Source: Gammaproteobacteria bacterium (GTDB lineage: Bacteria; Pseudomonadota; Gammaproteobacteria; SZUA-229). Taken from it: a DNA stretch of 40,967 nucleotides. The notes below the pieces were generated by a model. It had not been told where the DNA came from. It saw only the letters and a list, made by a program, of their open reading frames with translations, and searched no databases. Of this stretch, positions 7,771 to 14,616 are shown one piece after another. A program made the position numbers and the translations under genes. Within the stretch, counting starts at the first letter, position 1, and the number at the start of each line of letters is the position of its first letter. The stretch spans positions 1-40,967 of the forward strand of contig JAPHSZ010000043.1 of assembly GCA_026196545.1 (NCBI GenBank). Reading direction: 5' to 3'.

Positions 7771-9789
7771 TTAAAACGGTCTTGTAAGGCGCATGAAAAT
7801 GGATAAATCATCGCGCTCATAAATTCCCTGTTCCTCGATCGAATATTTGACAGTAGCTTTATAATGAAGTTTCCTGTAATCCCAGTAAAAATTCAGGTTA
7901 TTATCAAGCATTGTACGTTTGATTGAGCCGCCGGTGTTTTTTGAATAATTGGATTCAAAGATCATGCTGACTCTTGTCCATGGCCGGGCACCTATACGTG
8001 CGCCCAATGTTTTTGTATTAACATCTTCATCTGAATTTTCATTATCCCTTTTAATTAATCCTGCACTTAGTCTTAGCTTGGCTTTGTCGTATAACGGTGT
8101 GTTAATGAAAGCGCTAACGCTTTTTCTGTTGTAGGGGCTTGTTTCTTCGTTATGCTGCTGCGCCTGTATTTCACCACCGACAGTTAAACCTTTTTTCAGT
8201 GGTCTGTCAGCACGTAGTTGCAGTTTCACACCATCCGATGAATTTAATCCAATAACGGGGATACCTTCCTTGAGTTTATCGTCAGTCTTATATAGCCTGA
8301 CAGAAAGGTCATAGTACTTGCCGATGTCTAACCCAAAATTAAAATTTTGTGACAGTTGCTGTTTTTTATAGGTGCCGCCTGTCTGGTAACTATAATCGAT
8401 TAAAACGCTCTGGCCATCTACAATGTTACCTGTGATCAATCGTTCTATTAGCGTCTGGTCGCCAACAGTTGTAATCGTATAGTCCGTACCCTCAACATAT
8501 GTCTGGGTTTGAGTCAGGTTTGTTACAATAATGGTCGTAGTGTCAATGTAATCCCGGTTGATGGTTACCTGGGTAATGCCAGTGAGAATATATTGATCAT
8601 CATAGATGGGAAATAAATCGGTTGCAGAGGCCTGATCCAGGATATTCATGTTAGCATTATAGGTGAGTGAATATTGGCCGTAGGAAACGGGTATTTTCTT
8701 TGAAACACCGAGGTTTGCGCCCGTGCTTTCTGACTTAATATCGGTGGATTTGTTAGTGCCGTGAGAGAGACCAACGTTGCCGCTCAGCATGTTGTCTCCG
8801 GAATATCTTAACTGGGCTGTTGTTTTATTATTTTCAGTTTCCATGCCCTGTTCATCTGTATGATAGGTTGAGTAAGTGTAATACGAGCTAAAGCGTTTAT
8901 TGTGTGTCCAGTTAAGTCTGGGCCTGAAAAACCATGTCTCTCTTTCTGGGAATTCATCCTGTTTACTGTATTCTGCATTGGTTTCCAGCCGAAGCTGATT
9001 TTCAGATCCAAACCCGTTTCTTGTTTTTAGTCCTGTCGTTGAAGAGCTGGTTTCTCTTGCTGTAATGGGTAGGGCCAGGCTACCCGATTTTGACATACTG
9101 TTATTAATTTGATGGCTTAGGCCTATATAAGCTAAAGAGGATCCATAAGAATACTTCATGTCCAGTTTGACTCGTTCATTTACTTCATCTGTAACCTGAA
9201 TATTATTTTTGCCATAACTGGTTGTTCTTGAGGCAGAAAGCTGCGTGTTGACAGGTGACAATGGCTGGTACAGACCCAGATTGGCGCCATATTCTATTCG
9301 TTCCAGTAAATAGCTATCTGTTAGACCCGTTGGTGTGTAGGTATTTGTCTGCTTATAAAAAAGAGAAACAGGCGTAGGTTTTTTGTGTAAAAAGTTAAAT
9401 TTTGCAGAAAGATCAGCCACACGACTGTTTTCTTCATCAGAAGAATCACGCGTTTTCTGGTTGAAAAGCAGACCGGCACTAAAGTCCATTTTCAGGAAGT
9501 TTGGATGATAAGCATAGCTGTCCATATTAAGAGACAATTTTTCCTGCCAATACTGGCTATCCGATGTGTGTGAGGTGCCATCTGAAGAAACCGATTTCTG
9601 TTTGGCTGTTTGAGATGTTATTGAGAATAAGCCGCCGACATCTGTGACTTTAAAGGGTGCAATTTCTGCTGCCTGTGTCGTATTGCACAGGCAGCAGATA
9701 AAAGCGTATCCCAGTATTGCTAAATGCTTGTGTAAAGACAGATCTCCTTTCTGTTTATTCCCTGATGAACGCTTACTGGTTAACAACAT
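7771..9789 (-). CDS. Predicted large outer-membrane beta-barrel protein (porin-like), family unknown
   Basis: 672-aa ORF with a signal peptide (..CNTTQA/AE). Composition is rich in Ser/Thr/Asn/Gly/Tyr with alternating hydrophobic patterns and many short Y/F-ended segments. The C-terminal beta-signal-like end is ..IFMRLTRPF with a terminal Phe. No Cys occurs outside the signal. It is tightly packed between the two NHL genes. The start is uncertain because I see no clear SD. Confidence 0.65.
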   Translation of the reverse strand: MLLTSKRSSGNKQKGDLSLHKHLAILGYAFICCLCNTTQAAEIAPFKVTDVGGLFSITSQTAKQKSVSSDGTSHTSDSQYWQEKLSLNMDSYAYHPNFLKMDFSAGLLFNQKTRDSSDEENSRVADLSAKFNFLHKKPTPVSLFYKQTNTYTPTGLTDSYLLERIEYGANLGLYQPLSPVNTQLSASRTTSYGKNNIQVTDEVNERVKLDMKYSYGSSLAYIGLSHQINNSMSKSGSLALPITARETSSSTTGLKTRNGFGSENQLRLETNAEYSKQDEFPERETWFFRPRLNWTHNKRFSSYYTYSTYHTDEQGMETENNKTTAQLRYSGDNMLSGNVGLSHGTNKSTDIKSESTGANLGVSKKIPVSYGQYSLTYNANMNILDQASATDLFPIYDDQYILTGITQVTINRDYIDTTTIIVTNLTQTQTYVEGTDYTITTVGDQTLIERLITGNIVDGQSVLIDYSYQTGGTYKKQQLSQNFNFGLDIGKYYDLSVRLYKTDDKLKEGIPVIGLNSSDGVKLQLRADRPLKKGLTVGGEIQAQQHNEETSPYNRKSVSAFINTPLYDKAKLRLSAGLIKRDNENSDEDVNTKTLGARIGARPWTRVSMIFESNYSKNTGGSIKRTMLDNNLNFYWDYRKLHYKATVKYSIEEQGIYERDDLSIFMRLTRPF

Positions 9790-10912
9790 CAGGTTTTATT
9801 TCATCAGGTTTATTTTCATCGGGGTTAGCAACGTCTGGTTCTTCCTCCATGTGACCAAAGCCATAAACATTCAGCATGCTCCTGCCGAACTGGCTGGTGA
9901 CCAGGATCAGGTATTCGAGTTCAAAGCCTGGTTTGGCATATTTCTGGAAGTAGGAAACATTGTCATAATCGATGACGACTTTGGCAGGGAGGTTGATGTT
10001 ATGCGGGTATCCACCGGCCTCACCAAAATACATTAAGATTTCAGCTTCCTTGTTAAAAATTTGAACATTGCTGAACGAAGCATCGACGACATAGATGTTG
10101 CCGTCTTTGTCTATATCAATGCCCTTGGGTCGGGTGAGGTTGCCAACCCGGTTGCCGACCTTGCCAATGCTCCTGATGAATTCGCCCTCGAGGGTGTACT
10201 CCTGGATATTGAAATTCATGGTTGCACTGACGTACAGGTGATTGTCCGGACTCAGGGCCATATTGGTTGGGATATATAAGCGGCCTTCAGTGTCTTCATT
10301 CTTGTTTTCACCGATGGTGTAGAGTTTTTCACCGGTATTTTTATTATAAACCTGGATGACATTATGATTGATATCTGAAATAAACACCCTTTCATCGACT
10401 ACCAGTACATCAGAGGGCCTGAGGTCGTCATCTTCACCGAGCGTTCTTACAAATTCATTTTTTTCATCAAAAACAACGACCAACTTCCTTTTCATGTCGG
10501 TTATATATCTATGGCTTTTGTCATCGACAAAGATATTGATGGGCTTGACCATTCGGCCATCGAATGTACCGCGTACCTGCTTAAATTCTTTCTTGTTAAG
10601 GTCGAAGGTAGCAAAACCAGCGCCTCGAATATCGACCAGGTAAATAATGCCGTCCTTTATGGCTACGCCATAGGCTTTTCTTACCCTGGATGTAGCCATT
10701 GCCTCATCACCAAGAATAAAATCACTAAAACCGCTTGTTTTTTCAACGAGGTCATCTGCGCCGGAAAAACTGGTTAAATACTGGATTTTGGGTGCGCTAG
10801 GTGGGGGCGGGTAAAAAATAAATTCTGTGGTTTTTTTGGGGGTGCCACCACAGGCAACTAGAAACTGGGTGAGTAACAAAATTGAGAAAAACTTTAATGA
10901 TTTACTTAGCAT
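9773..10912 (-). CDS. NHL-repeat beta-propeller lipoprotein (paralogue of 6724-7767) with acidic Pro-rich C-terminal tail
   Basis: 379-aa ORF with lipobox FLVAC/GG. An N-terminal segment (PKIQYLTSFSGADDL) parallels the other NHL protein (PMIQYVGSFSNAADL). NHL blades are present (G.L.RPKGIDIDKDGNIYVVD..F.NVQIF). The tail reads EEEPDVANPDENKPDEIKPDVVNQ. Confidence 0.85.
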   Translation of the reverse strand: MLSKSLKFFSILLLTQFLVACGGTPKKTTEFIFYPPPPSAPKIQYLTSFSGADDLVEKTSGFSDFILGDEAMATSRVRKAYGVAIKDGIIYLVDIRGAGFATFDLNKKEFKQVRGTFDGRMVKPINIFVDDKSHRYITDMKRKLVVVFDEKNEFVRTLGEDDDLRPSDVLVVDERVFISDINHNVIQVYNKNTGEKLYTIGENKNEDTEGRLYIPTNMALSPDNHLYVSATMNFNIQEYTLEGEFIRSIGKVGNRVGNLTRPKGIDIDKDGNIYVVDASFSNVQIFNKEAEILMYFGEAGGYPHNINLPAKVVIDYDNVSYFQKYAKPGFELEYLILVTSQFGRSMLNVYGFGHMEEEPDVANPDENKPDEIKPDVVNQ

Positions 10913-11131
10913 GGTATCTTTTACAACTTAATCAGATTAATCGTTATTAAAGTTTAGCTTACTGCTTTGTCGCTGTCTTGCAGTAATTATTATATTTCAA
11001 AAAAATTGTATGATTTATAAATATTTCTAAGAAGAAAGATTGTTGTCAGGTAGTTAGTGTGATCGTGTTTTAGTTAAATTTTATTGTAAGTGGTTATATG
11101 TAATTAGTTGCTGTCAAAGAAAGCTGTAACC

Positions 11132-11164
11132 AAAAAAACAGGCCTCTTAATAGAGGCCTGTTTT
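11132..11164 (-). terminator. Rho-independent terminator (bidirectional geometry) after the tetrahaem cytochrome gene
   Basis: 10-bp GC-rich stem ACAGGCCTCT (11138-11147) / AGAGGCCTGT (11152-11161) with a 4-nt loop. A7 lies on the plus-strand side, giving a T7 run after the stem on the minus strand, and TTTT lies on the other side. It sits 15 nt downstream of the stop at 11179. Confidence 0.8.
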
Positions 11165-11178
11165 CATCTGTCAAACAA

Positions 11179-11928
11179 TTATTTGTTGTGACAGGTCAGG
11201 CAAAGAGCACTGCCCGTCAGATTGACTTTCAGCAATCTGGTACCGTCAGTACCTACATAGTTATTGTGTACGTCATGACAGGATGTACATTCAACGGTCA
11301 ATGTGCCAGCGTCATTTGTCAGCATCATCTCAGCCAGTGTACCAGTCTTGGTGCGTGCACCACTACCGATTGTAATACCGCCAGTAGTACTCGCAAACAT
11401 ACCAGGGTCAACTGTGTCCTCAGTGTACTCGAACGAAACAGGGTGGTCATTGTTCAGGAAGCCATTGCCGGCGCCATCATCTTCACCAATGTTTCTGCTA
11501 CCGCCATTCATATCATTAACGGTGTCACCAGTACCGACTACACCACCAAAGGAATCAAGAGCGATTGAACCATCATGACAGGATAGACATAGTTTAGATA
11601 TGCCATTTGGCTGTGCAATGGTTGCTACGCCATCAAATGTTGTAGAGGTGTCGTACAGATCATATGTAGTAGTTGTAAGTGTACGATCCCATAATGGAGC
11701 AACGCTTACAGTAGTGTCAGCAGCATGCGGGGTATGACACACGGTACACAGCTCATTGTTTGTATTCCACGTGTATGTGCTGGTATCTGCATACACGCCA
11801 TCTGAGAAGTCATGCACACTACCTGCGATATCGCCAGCCTGCGCAAAACCCGAAAACATGGAAAAATAGCCTGTCGCTAGCGCTATGCCTCCAACCCTCA
11901 AAAACTTAATAATATTCATTCTTTTCAT
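11179..11928 (-). CDS. Tetrahaem c-type cytochrome, paralogous to the N-terminal part of the 639-aa cytochrome
   Basis: 249-aa ORF with a signal peptide (..SGFAQA/GD) and four CXXCH motifs (CTVCHTPH, CLSCHDG, CTSCHDVH, CLTCHNK at the extreme C-terminus). It shares the C..CHTPH....APLW, LCLSCHDG and NDHPVSFEY motifs, in the same order, with residues ~25-165 of the 639-aa cytochrome. Confidence 0.9.
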   Translation of the reverse strand: MKRMNIIKFLRVGGIALATGYFSMFSGFAQAGDIAGSVHDFSDGVYADTSTYTWNTNNELCTVCHTPHAADTTVSVAPLWDRTLTTTTYDLYDTSTTFDGVATIAQPNGISKLCLSCHDGSIALDSFGGVVGTGDTVNDMNGGSRNIGEDDGAGNGFLNNDHPVSFEYTEDTVDPGMFASTTGGITIGSGARTKTGTLAEMMLTNDAGTLTVECTSCHDVHNNYVGTDGTRLLKVNLTGSALCLTCHNK

Positions 11929-12401
11929 ATACTTATCCTCATCCTCTGGTCCGGATACCAGATGTTTGTTTTGTTGTTAACAACTAATAATCTTGATTCC
12001 CTATTAATTTTATTATTTTTCCTAGTTGCGATAATCACAGAATAAACCCAAGAGTTCAAATGGTAATAGATATTGCTTGATCTTTGTCAATGTATCGTTA
12101 ATAAAGCTTAAACAGATCTTGACAAGATACGATAATAATGATTAGAGATTCTAGTGTTTTTGTGTAAATCTCGGCCCTAGAATGCAAATAATAGCTTTTC
12201 TCATTTATGAGGACCCTGTTTAAATTATTATGTTTTTTTATGTTATCTCACATTTGTTACTGAGTTCTACGGGTGTAGATAGCCACGATTTTCAGTAAGT
12301 AAGGTGCGACGTATAAGAAGGTTTTTCGGGGTCTGTATATATTGTTTTTTTATAAGTCGTTTTTTCATAATTAATTTCAGATGGTTAAAGGAGGGAGTGT
12401 T

Positions 12402-12452
12402 TGTGTAAATTTATTGAATGACTTATTGGCTAAATAGGTTTAAATTTACACA
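12402..12452. promoter_or_regulatory. 12-bp perfect inverted repeat in the divergent cytochrome / tpsB control region (candidate operator or leader hairpin)
   Basis: TGTGTAAATTTA (12402-12413) and TAAATTTACACA (12441-12452) are separated by 27 nt. A TATAAT hexamer follows at 12453-12458. The left arm with its flank (AGTGTTTGTGTAAAT, 12396-12410) recurs as a direct copy AGTGTTTTTGTGTAAAT at 12153-12169. Function is unproven. Confidence 0.3.
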
Positions 12453-12582
12453 TATAATGTGAACATCATTAATTATATGCTGTGATTTTGCATTATAATG
12501 AGCTTTGTTTTTTTGATTGTTCAATTATTTGATGGTTAATTAAGAACAAGAAAAAGCTATAAATTTTAAAAAAGGATTATCA

Positions 12583-14589
12583 TTGGGTATTGTTGTTCAT
12601 ATGTATGTGTCAAATATTCAGTTTGATGTGGCTATTAAGTCGGATTTTTATTTTTTGATTCGTACCCTGGCTTTTAGTTTTTTTATTACTTTGATTATTG
12701 TCGATTGTGCACAGGCATCGCCAATAGATGATACTGTCGATACCGCGCCGCAAGCCACCTCTCTGAATCCGGGTGATATCAATCCTAAGCTTGAACAGCT
12801 TATTCATCGTGATATCAATACTGTTTTAGATGTTCCTCCCGTCTATCAGCGCCCGCTGGGTGTGGAGGCAGGACCTCGTGTCTATGTGAGAAAATTTCAT
12901 GTTACGGGAGTCAATGAGTGGCCTAAATTTAATATCTCACAGCAACGAGTTGATACTTTTGTAGAAAAACTCAGGCTAGAAATGCAGACCATCGATGCGA
13001 TGAACGAGCATGGCTTGACTGAGGGTGATATGGCTGAGATAGCCAGACGTCTCAAGGAATCTTTGTATGATGACGATGAAAAGGCGGCTAAAGATCATGC
13101 ACAGTTTCTGAAGGAGCTTCGCAAGAACAAGAAATTCCGTGAGGAAATGAGCATAGGTCAGTTACAGGATGTGGCTAATCAGCTTACTGATTTATATCGT
13201 AGCGCTGGATTTGTAATTGCCCAGGCCTATGTGCCACAACAAAAAATTGAAGATGGCGTTGTTAATATACATGTACAGGAAGGTGTTTTAGGGCGGATTG
13301 TTGTTGAAGATAATAAATCTTATTCGACGGCATTAATTCAGGATATTTTTAAACACCTGGAAGACAAGAGTGTGACCAAACAGTCATTGGAGAATGCCCT
13401 TTTTTCACTTAGTGATTACCCTGGCCTGGTTGCTTATGGCGTTTTACAGTCTGGTCAAAATACGGGTGAAACTGACCTGGTGATTAAGGTTCAGGAAGAA
13501 GATCAGCGTGAATATTCTGTGCGTCTGGACAATTATGGAACTGAATCGACAGGTGAAAATCGCCTGACACTGAGTTATACCGAAAATAATTTATTTGGAA
13601 ATGCAGATAGCTTTGATCTCAGTTTGTTGCAGACATTTTCACCAACGAATAATCTGTATGGTGGCATTAAATATAAAACACCTGTGATCAGCCATAACAC
13701 ATTAGTCGGTTTTGGGTTTTCAACGAATACCTATGATGTTGGCGGGCTCCAGATTACTGACATCAGTGGTTCGGTCGATTCTTCTAATCTTTTTGTCAGC
13801 CACCAGTTTCTGCGCAGTCGTGTCAGCAATGCATACGGTAAGCTGGATATTTTGAGAAAGGCGGCAGAAACAAAATTATCCAGTACTACATTAAATGAAG
13901 TGACTCTGGGTGCAGTAGTGCTGGAGTTTGGTTTTGATATGCTGGATAAAAAATATAAAGGCATTAATCAGGGAACAATTAAATATACCCATGGCATGGA
14001 TGACTTTCTGGGATCAACTGGTGAGGAGGATGCGTCTGATTCAGGTCGAAAGGGAGAGTCGGGTGATAATGCAAGCAGTGATTTTGCCAAGCTGAACTGG
14101 AATGTGGCTCGTTTGCAGTTAATTGATAAATATCAGAATGTGTTGCTGCGTTTTTCAGGACAATATTCTGATGATCTGCTGGTGCCTGTTGAACAGTCCG
14201 GTTTAGGTGGGCCGAATAATGTAAGGGCATTTGCGCCATCAGTTGCTTTGCGAGATAGCAGCCTGTTTGTATCGGTAGACTGGAGTTTCAATGCGCCTTT
14301 TTTCTATGATGTTAAAGCATTTGATGGCTGGAAGTGGGGTGAAATTTTACAGCTTTCCGTGTTTGCGGATTATGTAAAGGGTAGGAATAATGATGCCACT
14401 GATGATGAGGGAGATGTCAATATTTCCGGTTATGGCGTAGCAGCACAATTATTATTACCCGGGCAAATGCAATTGAGACTGGATATAGGCAAACCATTCA
14501 GTGCTCTGGAAATTCCAAATTCAGCTACCGGTGGTGTTGAGGCTGTTGATGATGTCCAGTTTTATCTGACCTTTAGCTATACGGGTTAG
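12583..14589 (+). CDS. TpsB transporter, ShlB/FhaC/HecB-family outer-membrane secretion/activation protein
   Basis: 668-aa ORF with a TTG start 6 nt after an AGGA RBS (alternative ATG at 12601) and a signal peptide (..VDCAQA/SP). It has POTRA-type motifs (VRKFHVTGV.., LTDLYRSAGFVIAQAYVPQQKIEDGVVNIHVQEGVLGRIVV), the barrel motif GLGGPNNVRAF and a C-terminal aromatic end (..FYLTFSYTG). Confidence 0.9.
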   Translation: MGIVVHMYVSNIQFDVAIKSDFYFLIRTLAFSFFITLIIVDCAQASPIDDTVDTAPQATSLNPGDINPKLEQLIHRDINTVLDVPPVYQRPLGVEAGPRVYVRKFHVTGVNEWPKFNISQQRVDTFVEKLRLEMQTIDAMNEHGLTEGDMAEIARRLKESLYDDDEKAAKDHAQFLKELRKNKKFREEMSIGQLQDVANQLTDLYRSAGFVIAQAYVPQQKIEDGVVNIHVQEGVLGRIVVEDNKSYSTALIQDIFKHLEDKSVTKQSLENALFSLSDYPGLVAYGVLQSGQNTGETDLVIKVQEEDQREYSVRLDNYGTESTGENRLTLSYTENNLFGNADSFDLSLLQTFSPTNNLYGGIKYKTPVISHNTLVGFGFSTNTYDVGGLQITDISGSVDSSNLFVSHQFLRSRVSNAYGKLDILRKAAETKLSSTTLNEVTLGAVVLEFGFDMLDKKYKGINQGTIKYTHGMDDFLGSTGEEDASDSGRKGESGDNASSDFAKLNWNVARLQLIDKYQNVLLRFSGQYSDDLLVPVEQSGLGGPNNVRAFAPSVALRDSSLFVSVDWSFNAPFFYDVKAFDGWKWGEILQLSVFADYVKGRNNDATDDEGDVNISGYGVAAQLLLPGQMQLRLDIGKPFSALEIPNSATGGVEAVDDVQFYLTFSYTG

Positions 14590-14616
14590 GTCTGATGTAT
14601 ATTTTGCGATTAGGGA

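Noticed and set aside
7771-9789. Calling the barrel MtrB/PioB or the locus MtrCAB
   Set aside because: There is no MtrA-like periplasmic decahaem gene adjacent, and cytochrome sizes and motifs differ (paired C..CH.PH type). I cannot establish homology of the barrel by eye, so it stays 'family unknown'.
12402-12452. cAMP-CRP site, suggested by the TGTG/CACA ends and the nearby cyclase
   Set aside because: CRP sites are TGTGA-N6-TCACA. Here the arms are 12 bp and 27 nt apart, so the geometry does not fit.
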